Under the pieces are notes generated by a model. It was not told the origin of the DNA and did no database searches. It saw nothing but the letters and a program-made list of their open reading frames with translations. Both the position numbers and the translations under genes were made by a program. A stretch of 64,000 bases of DNA from Camelus ferus (lineage: Eukaryota): contig NC_045696.1 in assembly GCF_009834535.1 (NCBI RefSeq), positions 105,340,001-105,404,000 of the forward strand. Direction: 5' to 3'. This document shows, one piece after another, positions 49,980 to 64,000 of the stretch (position 1 is its first letter; each line of letters opens with the position of its first letter).

Positions 49980-50577
49980 CAAAATAGATTCTAGCCTGAG
50001 CCCTGGTAGGTAGATAACCAATGTGGAGGGTCTCTCCAGTCTCCTGATTATGTTTAGATGTGGGGGGGAGGGGAATGAGGGGCATTTGTGTGATATATTT
50101 GACATTTCCTGTGTGGGCTTGCTGAGAGGTCTGTCTATTTGGAGCTTCTGTGATCTTTCTCCCAGGGACGCATCTAAAAGTTCAGGAGGGGAAGGACCTT
50201 GTTCTATAAGAGCCAGCAGTAGCTGTGAATTTTCTCCCCCATCCCTCCTCCCTTTCCCTAGGAACCTTTTCCTAATATCAGAAACTAGAAGCTTTCAAAT
50301 GGCTTCAGAGCACAGGAGCTCAGTCTGGTCATAAGAAGACAACGGACAGGCCTATAATGAGGGACATTCAACAAAAAACTCATCTTTGGTGATGTCAAGG
50401 TCAAGAAAGACAAGAGAAGAACAGTTGGAGCCAGTCAGAGAACAAGGGGAAATGGCAACTAAATACAATGTGGGATCCTGAACACTAATGAAAAACCAGT
50501 GAAGTCTGAATGGAGCCTTGAATTTGGCTCACAATGTTGTAGCAATGTTAATTTTGTGGTTCTGAGAACAACAGAAA

Positions 50578-50680
50578 GGGGTGGTAGAGTGTGTGCTTAG
50601 CATATACAAGGTCCTGGGTTCAATCCCCAGTATCCCCATTAAAAAAATAATAAATAATTTTTTTAAAAATTTAAAAAAAC
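50578..50680 (+). mobile_element. 5'-truncated tRNA-Ala-derived SINE nested in an old L1MC-like 3' end (~50355-50800)
   Basis: GTGGTAGAGTGTGTGCTTAGCAT...GGTCCTGGGTTCAATCCCCAG plus A-rich tail. Confidence 0.85.
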
Positions 50681-50874
50681 AGATTTTTATACAAGATGTT
50701 AAGAATTCGGAGCATATAGATGAAGGATATACGGAAACTGTATAATTTTGTAATTTCTCTGTTAAGTCTAGGTAGTTCAGAATAGAAAGTTAAATAAAAA
50801 TCCACTTGCTTAAACTTCTAGGACAGTAGTTCACAACTCATGTAAGTTGTTTTAAAAGTAATAACAAGTACTGA

Positions 50875-52560
50875 TACTTTTAATTAAGCTTATCATTTTG
50901 AGATAATTATAAATACACATGCAGGTCTAAGAAAGAATACAGAGCTCTCACGTATCTTTGCTAGTTTTCCCCAAAGGTGACATCTTGTAGATGTCATACA
51001 GTATCACAGCTGGGATACTGGTATTGATACAGTTATCATTATCACAATGATTCCTAATGCTGCCCTTTTTAGCCACACCTCCTTGTATCTCACCCATGGT
51101 CCTTTTCCCCTAGCAACTACCAGTCTGTTCTCCATTTCTACAAGCCTGTCATTTCGTCCCTGCAGACTGTAAATCATAGAGGGTATAATTCTTTGGAAGT
51201 GGCTTTTGCACTCAGTGTCATTCTCTGGCATTTCACCCAGGTTGTCACATCACAGTATTATCAGTATTTCATCCCTTTTTATTGCTGAGTAGTATTCCAA
51301 GGTGTAGGTGTGCTACAGATGGTTTAACCATTCATCTGTTGAAGGACATCTGTGTTGTTTCCCATTTGGAAGTTATTACCAATAAAGCTGCTGTAAATAT
51401 TTGTGAACAGGTTTTTGTGTGAACGTAAGTTTCATGTCTCTGGAATAGAAGTCTACAAGTACAATGGCTAAGTTGTATGATAGATGTATGGTAAGTTTTT
51501 TAAGAAGCTGCCAAACTGTTTTACTATTTTATGTTTCCACCAACAATGGATGGAGAGATCCACCTGTTGCACAACTTCACCAGCATGTTAGCCATTCTGA
51601 TTGGTGTGCAATGATATCTCATTGTGGTTATAATTTGTATTTTCCTAATGGCTAATGTTGAACATCTTTTTATGTATTTTTTTGCCTTCTGTATATCCCC
51701 TTTGGTGAAATTCTCTTCATGTTTTTTGCCCATTTTATAGTGAATTGTTTGTGTTACTGTTAAGTTCTGAGCATTCCTTATATGTTCTAGATACTAGTCC
51801 TTTGTCAGATATGTGGTATACAAATATTTCTCCCCATCTGTGTTTGTCTTCTTAACAGGGCTTCAGAGTTTTCAATTCTGATGAAGTTCAATTTGTCAAT
51901 TCTTCCTTTTATGGGTTGTGTTTTTGGTATCAGGTCTAAGAACTCTTTGCCCAACTCTAGATCTGAAGACTGAATTTCAGATATTGAACCAACCTTGTAT
52001 CCCTGGTGAATATACCCTACTTTGCCATGGTGTATGATTACTTTTAAAATATTTTTAAAAGTATTGCTGAAATTATATCTGCTAATATTTTGTTGAGGCT
52101 TTTTGTGTCTAAGTTCATGAGGGATATAGGTCTACAGGGTTTTTATTTTTATTTTTGGTATAATCTTTGTCTTGCTTTATATTAGGGTAACACTAGCTTT
52201 ATAAAATGAAGTTGTCTCTGTTAGCATGAGTTAGGGGTGGGGCAGCTATTTTTTCTGCAGTGTTTGCCTAGAGTAGAGTGGTTATCATCTAAAAGTTTTC
52301 TGTCTTTCTAGACTGCCCCTTTCCTGGTCCATTGGTTAGTGAGAACAGGTTTCATTTGGGCTTTTTTTTTTGCTTATGCCCATTGGTGTTTCCAGATTGC
52401 TGGCTCCAAGTCTGGCATAAACAGTACAAAAAGAGAACCCAGAGAATACACCATTGTGTTGTTCTTTGGGTCTTGAGGTCACTAACTGGTCTGTTCTACT
52501 TAGGGAGAAGAATGGGGGAAAAGTGTATCCCATTTTCCCGGAAGGAGAAGTCAAGTGCTG
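50875..52560 (-). mobile_element. Old L1 fragments (3' UTR / ORF2 remnants)
   Basis: TTTTATTGCTGAGTAGTATTCC, CCATTCATCTGTTGAAGGACAT, AGTCCTTTGTCAGATATGTGG, CTAATATTTTGTTGAGG; internally deleted; boundaries approximate. Confidence 0.75.
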
Positions 52561-53298
52561 ATATTTACAAATGTAAAAAACATTTGAATTGTTGAATTTT
52601 CTAGTCTATATTCCGTGTCTTTTCTTTCCTCACCTCCACCTGCTTGGTGACTAGAAGGGCCTTTTTGTATACCTGTTTTTATACAGTATGTATCATCCCT
52701 GGGGTAGTAATCATAGAATAGTTGACCATGAGTAAGGGGCAAACGTCCCCAAGTTCAGAAGCTGTGAAGAGACTGAGTCAGCTATGTCTGTCCCCTGTAT
52801 TAGGAAAGCAAATGTTTTCCCAGAACCCTCACCAGCAGACTCTACCCACATACCACTGATACAGTAACTATGTAACATGACCGTTCCTCACTGCAAGGAA
52901 ATCTGGAAAAGCTAGTTGGTGTTTCGGATGGATAGCTGTAAGGAGACGGTTAAGAATGGCTGTTGGGTGTACCATCTTCCAGGTTTGCCATAATCCATAA
53001 CTGTTAACCAGAGGCTTTTGCCCTATGCTAGCTGACCCAAATCTCCTGGGAATCAAATTCATTTTTAAAAGACATTTTCAATATACTCCCATATATGGAA
53101 ATTTTTAAAGTAAATAATACATTCAAAGAAAATTAAACTTAACATCTTCCTGACACCTGGGAATCTGGGAAAGATGTAATGATCAATATATGGTATGGGA
53201 GAATTTTTATATTTAACCAAAGATGGTAGGAATTTAAGCAAGTCAAAAAGCATGATATCAGGAAGTGAGCACCACAGGCACTCTGAAGAGACACTACC

Positions 53299-53766
53299 TG
53301 TATTAGTCAGGGTTCTTCTCGAAACAGAACCAATAACTGCATATATTATGAAATTTATTATGAGGAATACAATTAGAGAGGCTTAGAAGTCCCATGATCT
53401 GCTGTCTGCAAGCTGGAGACCCAGGTAAGTCAGTGGCAAAATTGAATCTGAGTCCAAAGGCCTGAGAACCAGGGGAGCCAGTGGTCTAAGTCTCAGTCCA
53501 AGAGCAGGGGAAGATTGATGTCTCAGCTCAGTCAGGCAGAGGGCAAATTCTCCTTTCTTCCACTTTTTTGTTCTATTCAGGCCCCCAGTGGATTGGGTGA
53601 TGCTTACTTACCTTGGGGAGAGCCATCTGCTTTACTAAGTCCAATTCAAGTGCTAATCTCATCTGGAAACACCCTCACAGACACACCCCAACCCAGAGAA
53701 AATGTTTAGTCAAATTACTGGTCACTTGTGCCTCTGTCAAGCTGACACGTAAAATTAACCATCGCA
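53299..53766 (-). mobile_element. ERVL solo LTR (MLT2-type)
   Basis: TGTATTAGTCAGGGTTCT ... GTCAAGCTGACACGTAAAATTAACCATCGCA; TG...CA termini; 5-bp flanks CTACC / TTACC. Confidence 0.88.
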
Positions 53767-54656
53767 TTACCCAATACCCTGAAAGTTGCATGCATGCTAA
53801 TGGCTGCATACAAAGATGAACTGACTGACTGCCCTCTTTGTCAGCTTCATCCTTTGAAAGGGGCTTGTGTGTTCTCTGGGCCTGTCTAGAGTCAAGCTGT
53901 AAGTTGTCAGAAATAGTTTGGTGACAGTATCATCTGTTCCTAAAGTGCAAGGATGATTTACAGGGACAATGAGAAAGGGAGGCCTGCTGTAAACCCTGGC
54001 CAGGGCTCAGTGCCTTGTTTGGCTATGTTTTCCTTCAGGGCACTTGGCACAGAGAGGAGTCAAGCTCCTGTGATTTGAGGAAAAGATCTTCCACTCCGCA
54101 TGACTGCTAATTGCCCAAGGAGCAAAGCGCAGTAGAAACAGCAGGCAGATATCAAAGTCCAAATGTTGGTGATAACTGTATTTAACCTTTCCTAAAGGAA
54201 CATTACAGAGGCTTTAATACTTTGGTGAGGGGAACCCCAACGTGTGAAAAAAGAAACAGCAAGTGCTGACGGAGTCACTTTCTACCTGAAGGAACCATGC
54301 CAGAATCAATTTCTAATAGGAGGGCAGGGGAATGAGAGTGCATTGTGGATTACAGCCACATTCTGCATCACAGTCTACATCTCTAAAAGCTTCTCTGGAC
54401 AGACTATAAATTACCCTGACCTTAAAGAAAATGTTCACACTCTCAGGCTTTGGTTTTTTATGAACATTCCACCTGGACAGTCTGACCTGGCTTCAGATAA
54501 AATAAGAAATGAGCCAAGAAACCAGCTGAATCACACGGGGCCGAGGGTCAGGACTGGTTTGGTGATTGATTCAGACTTTTTTCTTGCCACCCATATATCT
54601 AAGAGAGAAAAGAGTATTATTTCCATAAATGATAACCAAACCCAGGGCCAGTTTGG

Positions 54657-54807
54657 TTTTTGGTTTTTTATTTTTTATTTTGGGTTTTTGCTGTTGTTTA
54701 TGGGGGAGTGTGATTTGGTTTATTTATTTATTTTGATGGAGGTACTGGGGATTGAACCTTGTGCATACTAAACACACACTCTACCACTAGGATATACCCT
54801 CCCCTCC
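54657..54807 (-). mobile_element. tRNA-Ala-derived SINE, long form, internally deleted
   Basis: Antisense head; TSD CCAGGGCCA(G/A)TTTGG. Confidence 0.88.
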
Positions 54808-55717
54808 ACCAGGGCCAATTTGGAATGGCTACTTGCTACCCCAAAACTTGCTATGATTAAAATCAATGTGACAATCAGGGCTTTCTTTCAGGTTTTAAAA
54901 CTACAGTTGAGAGCATGACACCATCTTTTGTTTGCGGGCAGTTTACTGGACATCGTACTAGGCAGGGCTCTTGACTGAAATCAATAGACATGAACTCTAG
55001 GTGTGTATCCAACGCAAATTGGCTGGAGAACAAGCCCTACCCGTGATTCCACCGCAGGGTCTGTGGGCACAGCACAGCACGTGGGCACTGCCTGTGTCAT
55101 GGGCATTACAGCCCTGCCTCCTGTCCATTGGTGCTGCTGCACCTCACTGCCCTGGGCACACCCTCCATGCTGCTGGACTCCACCGTGAATTGTCACCGGC
55201 TGACCAGTCTCTCAAGATTCAGCTCAGACAGGAGCACCTTACAGTTTGTACTGAGGCCACATGGCCACGTGTAAGCTCAAGCTGCCCCCAAGTAGGAAAG
55301 GCATACTGTACAGCCAAAACAACAGTGCCCACTGTAGATGAGTTAGAAAAAAAATAAAAACAGCTGCTCTCACGTGATGTCCAAATATATATATATATAT
55401 AATAATATATAATATATGTATCTAATATAGCATATATATGTATCTATATTAGATACATACAATATGTTAGTGTATATGATTTTTTTAATGGAAATCAATC
55501 AACAGATATTTATAGGTAGTAGGTTTGGGCATCCTTGTGAAGATTTTATTTTCAAGTCCTTAGCCATAGAACCAGCTAGAAACCTTTGCATGGGATTTGC
55601 ACTGGGTCCTCTTCTGGACTGCCAGGCCCCAGTGATTTGTACCAGTTTCCTACCCTATACAGCTCAGCCCCATCCTCCAGCCCACTTCTTCTGGATCCTT
55701 TTATTAAATATTTACTT

Positions 55718-55802
55718 TTTTTTAAATGTAGGTAATGGGAATTGAACTCAGGACCTCGCATATGCTAAGCACATGCTCTACCACTGAGCTATACACACCC
55801 CC
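55718..55802 (-). mobile_element. tRNA-Ala-derived SINE, short form
   Basis: Antisense head; TSD TAAATATTTACTT (55705-55717, 55803-55815). Confidence 0.9.
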
Positions 55803-58229
55803 TAAATATTTACTTCTGAGCTAGGTGCTATAGAGAGACATGGCATAAAAAGATGGGAAGGGAACTAACATCTACTGAGTGCTCACTTATTGTTGAGTGT
55901 TCTGGGACCTGGTTAACATTATCTTTCTAACAAGTAGAGCCGTTACCTTACAATACCCATCTGGGTTTGAGACCCAGCTCTTTCACATATTGTGACCTTG
56001 AGCAAGTTATTTAAAGTTTGTAACCACTAGATTTCTCATCAGTAAAAACAGAGCTACTTTAGGATTGCTGAATGAAGCACCAGACTCTGTGACGCACAGC
56101 CAACTGTAGTTACTGTCCATGAGCTGAAATCTGGCCCATTTTTAGGTGTCTCCTCCTCCAAGAAGCCTTCCTCAATGTTCCAAGGCAGATGATAGCCCAC
56201 CGTCCTTCTTTTGTCTTTGGTTTTCATCTTCTCCGTGGCTCTCAACACAGCCAATAAAGGCTATTGGATGCAGGAATCCTCCCTGTATCCCCAGAAGTAC
56301 CCAGCAATGCCTTGCACACAGTAGGTCTTCTATGAAAAGCCACTGAGTTGAAATAGTGAAACTAAATTCTTCACGGCAAACTATCCATTTAGCAACCAAA
56401 ATTTGCTGGTTAGTTGTCTAAATTGCTCTTTCTCAACAACAACAAAAAAGAGATATTTTGTAATTAGAGTCACATAAGCAAGGTTTGGACTCCACACTTA
56501 GCATATTATGTAAAATCATGACAAAATAACCCTTAAAAACATCCTTAGGAAGGAGCTGTGCTGGAGACTGGCATGCTGCCTTACCATAAATCCAACACAG
56601 CCATTTCCCACTTTGATTACTGATTCTTGAGTTAAGTACTAGAGGACACAGATGGATTGCATGTCAGTACAAGTGATAGGAAAATCACCTGTTTTTAAAC
56701 CTCAGCATCTCATTCAAGGAGGGAACAGTTTCTTGTTATGGGAGGTACCAAGGAACAGAGGTGTTTTGAAGCAACAGCCGATTCACTTCTAGTTTGTGTT
56801 CATTCTGTGAGATGGCGAGAGGTACTGCTAATATTATTTAAACTGTTTCTTTACTTCTGAGCTCAAATAGCTGGATTTGTATAAATTTCAATGTCTGATA
56901 AAATTTCACTCTGTAGTCACAGGCTAAGGAACTCATCCCATCTTAACTCACTGACAAATCCTACTCAGGGTTTTGTTGTACACATTAGCCTTTTAGCAAA
57001 TTGCAAACGAGAGTGGTAGGGCATAAGACTGGGGGAACATATTTGATCTGAAAATGTTCTAAAGCTGGATTAAGAGCCCTCTTCACTCTAATCTTGCCCG
57101 TTGGAAGATGTGGCTATGTTTCTGATCTTTCTGCCTTCTCCCCTAATACTAAACGCAAGATTGATGTTCCTCTTTTTCCAGGGCTCTTAGGGGCTGTGTA
57201 TAGCTTGCATTTCTCACTGGTGTCCTATGGATGCCCTCTTACCACTGCCGTTGGTCCCACCTCCCTATGGGAACCTGGCCGTCCATGTCCAGGGTACAGG
57301 CTGACACCTGCAGGGTGGCCACTGCACTGTGTCCTTCATTCTTTATTTGTTTGGCCATGTAGCTACAAGCTGCTAAAATCTATAGCTAGCGCCCTGCTCT
57401 TTTTGCTGTAATTGGAATTTACAGTGCACCTAGTCTTCCTGGGCTGGGTTTTTGTTTTTTTTTTTTAAGCAGGCAAAATAATTGAATAAAGTCCCTTCAA
57501 AAAGTAATAACCCCGGATATGTTTGTGATGACAATTTTTTTTATTATATCACAATCGGCTCAAGCACCATTAGGCTAGGGATGGTGTCTTTTTCATCTAG
57601 CTCTAGAACTCTATGTGATTCCTAGTATATAATAGGTCATCAGGAAATGTTTGTTGGATTTGATTGCATTGTCTGCATCATAGACTCGGTGCCTGGATTT
57701 TTTGTATGGGTTCCATGAAGTCTTGAAATTTTATGAAAAAAGTATATGTGTATATACTTTTTCCCTCCTTCGGAGACGATTCTGCTCTAATCTGGGAATG
57801 CTAGTGACTGCCATGAACCTTTCTGTCGTATTCTGATCCAAGTGAGAGAGAGGCAGCAGTGGTGGAGGGAATGGAAGGAGAACTTGAGACAGATGATTGA
57901 ACAGAGGCTGTTGCAAAGTCAAGGCTGAGAGATTCTGGGAGAAAATAAGCATATGAAGAAATGGGGGGAAAATTCTTGCCATATATGTCAAAATGTGATC
58001 CTGCCACATCACCCACAGATGGGGTCAGTTTTCAGGGACACTGGGATGGGCTCTGTCTCACCTCCTTTAAAAATGTAGTGTTGGTGTGTGCTGCTAGTCT
58101 GTTACGTGGCTCCTTGCCAGTTCATTCTAGATCTCTTTCTTCCACCCTAAATCAGAATAACTCATCATCATTATTGTTTTTCATGCTCAAAATGCCTTCA
58201 TTAAGACCCAATTATAAACTCCCTAGAGG

Positions 58230-59510
58230 GTTCTGGTTTCTGGTAATAGCAGGCTAGGTTATTTAGATCAACACGCTTTCTGAAAACAACAACAGAAAAT
58301 ACTGCTAAAATAGATTTAAATAAACACCACTACCTTAAAAGAATCAAAGATTTGAAAACACAGTTCAAAACTTCTAGGTCAGTATCTGGATGGAAGCCTG
58401 CTATTGAAATGGTGAGAAGACTATTGGATGAGCAAAACCCCTGAGATTGTGTCAATCCTGCTGTGGCCACTAGAAGCTAGATGGACACAAACCAAGACCG
58501 GAGACCCACAGACACTGAAGAGTCCTACAGGACACTTTCCCCAGGTTAATACACACACAGATTGAGGATAAACCAGATCTGAATCTGCCCTCTCTACCTC
58601 TCAACCTCAGGGGACTGCAGGAAAGCCTGCCACAGCAATAAGCAAGGCAAAAGAATTAAAAAGACACAGAAGTCTTTAAGAAGTTGTGAATCTATACTGC
58701 AGATGCACTTAGCGCGGGCGGGCTGGAGGTATCTAAGCCATGAATTTAGTGTGAAGCGATCTCAATTGTTATTGTCACCAGGTACCCGGCAAAACCAAAA
58801 TAAAGCCTCTCTGGAGGGGGGCACATCCAACCTAAGCTTCAGTGTACCCCTGTAAATAATTTAAAGACACTGACCAGGTATCCAATCAAAGATAATAAAG
58901 CATCAAGGGGACAAGAACCATCAAAACAACAGAGAGAAGAAATAGACCCACAGAGACTTGACCTACTAGAGCCAGGTTTAAAAACCCAGGTTTCCATGTT
59001 TATGGAAATAAATGACATCCTTGAAAATAACTATAAGGAGACTGTGAACAGTTACGTACCATGTCTGAACAAAGAACCAAACTAAAAATAAAGATAGTAA
59101 TTGGAATTAAAACCTCAATGATCACACTTGCAACATATGAACACTCTAAGGGAGAAATAATGAACTGAAAGGTGGGCCTTGCATAGAATGAAGGACTGAG
59201 AGAAGGAAGTAGAAAAGATACACAAAAGGATGTAGGAGATGTGGAGAATGTGGTACTAAGTTCTAACACTGCCATGCCAGGGAGAGACGAAAGATGAAAT
59301 TTCATAATGAAATTGCAGAAAAACAAGATATAGAGAAAAATCTTAAAGCAACCAGAGAAAAAAGATTATCTTCAAAGGAGGAACTAACAGTAGACATTTA
59401 ACAGCGAATCAGAAAATGGTAGACTGATAAACAGCTCTAATATTCTCAAAGAAAATTAGTACTAAGCTAGAATCTATACACAACCACAGAAAATACCATT
59501 CAAAGATGAA
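58230..59510 (+). mobile_element. Highly degraded L1 5'/ORF1-region remnant
   Basis: A-rich, with ORF1-like GAGAAAAATCTTAAAGCAACCAGAGAAAAAAGA and AGCTAGAATCTATAC; no open frame. Confidence 0.55.
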
Positions 59511-62500
59511 TTTGGTCCCTTTTCCTAGAGTGTGGCCCCATATAAAATTCTGGGCACTCTGAGGGACACTTGAAAAACCCATTTGGTTGCACTATAAAGT
59601 GATGAGCTAGGTGATGAGTTTATCAGACCAATGTTTGAGAAAGTCATAGAACAAGGCCCCGTAATGGTACACAGAGTTGATGGGAAAGGGTAGAGGGGGT
59701 ACCTGAGAGGTTGAAGGTGACTTCCAAAGGCCAGCCAGGCTTACCTTATAATTTGCCCTATAAAACACCTGCTTTCTCCTTTCATTGACTCCTCATCTAT
59801 AGATGCATCAAGGACCTGTTCGTTATCCTTACCTTACAGGCAGAGTTGATACTTAAAATATTTAAAAGTACTAAGGCACCAGCACTCATCAATCAGAAAA
59901 GATTCCTGATATCAGACGAGATGCTGGCTGTTGCTTATGATCAGGGTCCTGGGGGCCCCCTGTATTACAAGTTTTTATCATTTTAGTGGCGAGAATATGG
60001 AGAAACCCAAGGGAGGGACCTGATCAGCTAGGACAGTGGAGACATCCGAGGTGGCCGCTTTCTAACACCTGGTATTTTAATACATGTGCTGGTGTACTCA
60101 GACACACCAGCTAAACATGAGCCCTTACGGCCCTTCCACCAGGCTCCTTGGCAGGTCTCGTCCCTCCTCTGCTCCCTGATCACTGCCTCACCTTTCCCCC
60201 TTGCAGCTTTTAATAGAGTTGCTTCCATGTCTAGTTCTACCAAGAATATACCTTAACAAAAAATCCATAGGACAATACCTGGTTCTTAGTTCCCCTGGAG
60301 CCCTCAGACAGGCATAGCATATTCTACTTTGGCAAACTGTTCATTCCTGGATATGACTATATCGTTTTGTTGCACCTCAACTAGGCTTTATAAAATGGAA
60401 CTCCAGAATTATGCAGAAAATAAGAGGTATTTCTCTGCTTTATAGTCAGATTCAAACTAAGCTTCCTTCAAACGACAAGCTCCTTTGCTACATTTCATAT
60501 TTGCATAAAACCATTTATTTTCTTTATTATACAGTGTATGTTTATAGTAGAAAAGTTAGAAAATATAAATAACCAAAAGCACTTGTAATCTCCTTTTGCC
60601 TACCTCAGATATTGACTTTACCTATACATGTATGTACGTATGGATATATATATATAATCCAATTAACCAACATTCACTTTATATATAAATCTTTTCAGAA
60701 TAAAGTTATATCTGTATTCATTGTCAATGTCAGATGCACCAAGGTATGGCCATATTTAGCAAAAATAACACTTTCTTCTTCCAATATTTGAATTTTAGTG
60801 ACTGGATCAAGCACTATCAGTGTGAAGTTGCCTTGACATCAAATGAAAAGTCCTGCAGCAGTGCAACTCAATATGATTTGGATTATCATCTTCAGGTACA
60901 AAAGCATATCATGAGTTCAGAGCCCAAGGACTTCATTTCTAAACCTTGGGGCTTAAACTACATTTGAATTCAAATTCAGTAATGCCCTTAGATCAGCTTG
61001 AGCTGACAAATTCTTTAAAAGAAAGTGGAATAAGGCAATTTGATGGAAATTATACTGTGCAGCACCTTGCCACTCTAGATATTTCACTTTTATATTAAAT
61101 TTTTTTCAATTAATTTGAAGGTAACTGCTCTATGCCAGATATCCAGGCTATTTGTCATTATTATTCATTTATTTATATGTAGCACTATCATTTACAGGGA
61201 CATAATTCTTAAGGAAATGTAATTGCTCTAAACCTATCAACTTGCATATATAAAACTTTGTAAAATCTTTTCTCTGGAAAGAAAGTTAAGCATTGGTGGT
61301 CAGAGAATGTTCCCCCAAGATTTCTGCATACCATGCACACTTGGGCCTCTGCTACTGGTCCTCTCACACCACCAGGCTCCTCACCCTGAGCCCTGGGACC
61401 CACAAGTTTATACAATATTGTTGCAAGCAGAATAAAGCTTCAACAGAAATTTGTTGATTTAAGGTAGCTTCCAGAGAAAAAGAGCAATGCATGCTGAGAA
61501 ATATAGGAAGAACTACTTCATTGGCACACCAGTGAAGTAGAAACAAATGTCTATGAATATATCCAGCAGCCACTCCTCTCGCCCACTTCAGTTGATGAGA
61601 ATATAGAATCACAGACTCAGAATTAAGAAGCTTGGAGCAGAAAGGGACTTCTGAGTCCATTTTTCAACATTATTTTGTAGGTAATAAAATTGAGACCCAG
61701 AGAGTTCATGCCACAAGACAACCCTGTGTCAAATTTCCAGAACCTGCTGGTCATGACTTACCACGGATGGTCTTAGCACCCCACACATGAAGAGCTGGAC
61801 ATAGAATGTCTGGCATGTGGACCACTACAGAGGTCACTATAGGACACAACCCCAAAACTCCACTGCCATTTTTACATCTTGCAATTTCCATTGATGAAAT
61901 CACCTCCTTCATTAATTCAAAGCTTACTTTAAACTCTGCCTCCTCTATAAATATGTTTAATAAAGACATGATTGCAATTTTTAAAAAGGTAGAACTATAC
62001 TTGTGTCAAAAACATGACTAATAATCTGGATCATTACACTTTCAGGTAAACAAATGTGAACACTCCCTCTATCCCAAATCTCATATCAAACTCACACAGA
62101 GTAAATTTAACAAATGTAAAATTCGTAGAAGGTAATCATACGAAGTGCATAGCACACTGTGGTCAAGCAGTGCTTTTGCAATCAGTCAAAGCTTTTCCTC
62201 TAAGTGTCAGGCAACCATGAGCTTCTTTCTTCTTGGAACACAACTCAGTGGTACACCAACTCAGTTTAGTCTCTTGATGATTGCTATGTGATTATGTGGT
62301 CAAAACTCGCATTTTCATTCACTTCATGCAGAAATCCAGCTGAGAACTTTAACATTTCCTTTAATAGGGAAAGTAACTGACAGGCAACGAGGAATCAGTA
62401 ATAGAGCATGAAGATTACCCCACTTAACATTCCTCAATGGTTCCCTAGAGCCTTCAGGATAAAATCCAGACTCCTTAACCTGGCAATCATGGGCTTTCAG

Positions 62501-64000
62501 GATCTGAGTTTCATCTATCTCTCTAGTCCCATATCTCAATCCTCCCCCTGCTTATTCTCTGGCCCAAGTATGCTAACCTATTTTTCGTTCTCTGGAAAAA
62601 TCAAACTCTCTGCTCCCTTCACTTAAAAAGTCCTGCATATCCCCTCTTGACATTTTTCTGGCTAGTTCCTAGTCACACCATAAAGATCCACTTAGTTGCA
62701 TATATCCATTTGGAGTGTTATGAAGTAATTAATGTCAAATACACACCAAATATGGGAACAATCAATCCACTTTTAGTGAGACATCACTAAACTTTCAGTA
62801 AAATAGTCTATACTCACCGCTTCCACTTCTTTATCATCCAATTATTTCTTAATCCCTTGCTAACCTGCTTCCCCTAGCAATACTCAACTGAAAAAAAAAT
62901 TTTTTTAAGGCTACTAGTGTCCTCATAATCATTTAATTCATCAGCAATAGTTTTTTCCCCAAAATATCAAGCTTCCTTAAGTTCTCTAAAGCCATCCAGA
63001 TTGCTCATCACCCTACTACATTCTCCCTCCCTTTCCTTCTGTGACACACAGTTTTCCTAGCTGTCTTATTCTAATTGTTCCTTTTCTGTGTCATTTATTG
63101 GCTCCATTTCTTCCTCTAATTAAAGATATTCCTCTGGGTTCATTAGATTCAAAACATTAGCATTAGGATGTCTCCCAATCCTTTAACTCACAAAACAAAC
63201 TCAAATTGTTTGTATCCTATTGGTTTGAGCTTCTTAGTGAAATAGAAAGAAATCACAGTCCAGGAAAAAGAATATTTGTTTTGGAGATAAACTTGGGTTC
63301 AGATCTTAAGTCTGTTGTTCATTCTTGAGTAGTGTGGCATGGAGCATATTGCTTGACCCATTTGGGCTCAGTTTCCCATCTATACGTTGAAGAAAATAAT
63401 GACTATCTTTTACTATTACTATGTGAATTGCAGCATGCAAAGTGCATATTTCAGTGCTGGGTACAAAGTGGGCACGCAATGGAATCTACTCATTATTACT
63501 ATTGTTATCCAAACTTGTATAGTTTCTCACTGTTCCAATCCATTTCTTCATACACATCAACAAAAGGTAAATCTTATACAGTGCATAAACGAACACACTT
63601 TTTTTGGCTTAATTGTTCCCAATTGTTTGCTGAATCAAAGCCCAATTCCTCCCTATTTAGGTACATTTTCAGATTTTAGCCCCATCTTTCCTTTCCAGTC
63701 TTCTCCTTCACTGCCCTTCTAAATGAATACCATTATTCCAAGCACACTAGACTTTTTTGTGGTCAACTCAAGGCCCAGCTCAAATTCTGCTTCCTTTATG
63801 AAACTTGTTACCTCCCCAGCTGGACTTTTTATCCTCAGAGTATTTTATTGGTACCTCTTATAGATTGTAATCTCTTTGAAGGGAGAAACTGGTTCTTATT
63901 CATTCTACTCACTCACCACTTTGCTAAGTGATGAGGCATATATATTTTTAAAAATACCAACTAAACTTTTCCTCAAGGAATTATTTTCACTTCCTCAACT

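Noticed and set aside
54153..54161. Perfect HNF4-specific motif CAAAGTCCA
   Set aside because: Isolated 9-mer 27 kb from the gene; a chance occurrence in 64 kb is plausible.
54244..54771. 175-aa ORF
   Set aside because: GTG start, runs into an antisense SINE tail, no recognisable family.
1..64000. A novel multi-gene, CRISPR-like or prokaryotic system
   Set aside because: Intron-containing mammalian locus; no regularly spaced repeat-spacer array, operon or long unexplained ORF.
27400..64000. Exons or promoter of the expected syntenic neighbour (COPB2 in human) or a processed pseudogene
   Set aside because: No recognisable coding exon or CpG-island promoter found; spliced lncRNA exons cannot be excluded from sequence alone.

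Overview
Mammalian genomic DNA, most likely camelid (inferred from nine tRNA-Ala-derived, vic-1-like SINE copies). It contains one complete protein-coding gene, RBP2 (cellular retinol-binding protein 2, CRBP2), on the + strand. The CDS joins 5727-5799, 18735-18913, 25420-25521 and 27102-27152 (405 nt, 134 aa); all introns are GT-AG. The compact promoter has TATA, CDX, GATA and DR1/HNF4-type motifs, and an ATTAAA poly(A) signal lies at 27345. The rest is intronic or intergenic DNA rich in interspersed repeats (SINEs, L1, L2, MIR, MaLR/ERV LTRs, Tigger2-, MER20-, MER5- and MER53-type DNA elements, microsatellites). Repeat family names come from recalled consensus sequences, not a database search. 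I found no second gene and no convincing new multi-component system. The best leads are a ~365-bp direct duplication upstream of the promoter, an inverted SINE pair flanking exon 2, a MER53 hairpin with a miR-1302-like arm, and three Thr replacements in CRBP2 relative to the recalled human sequence.
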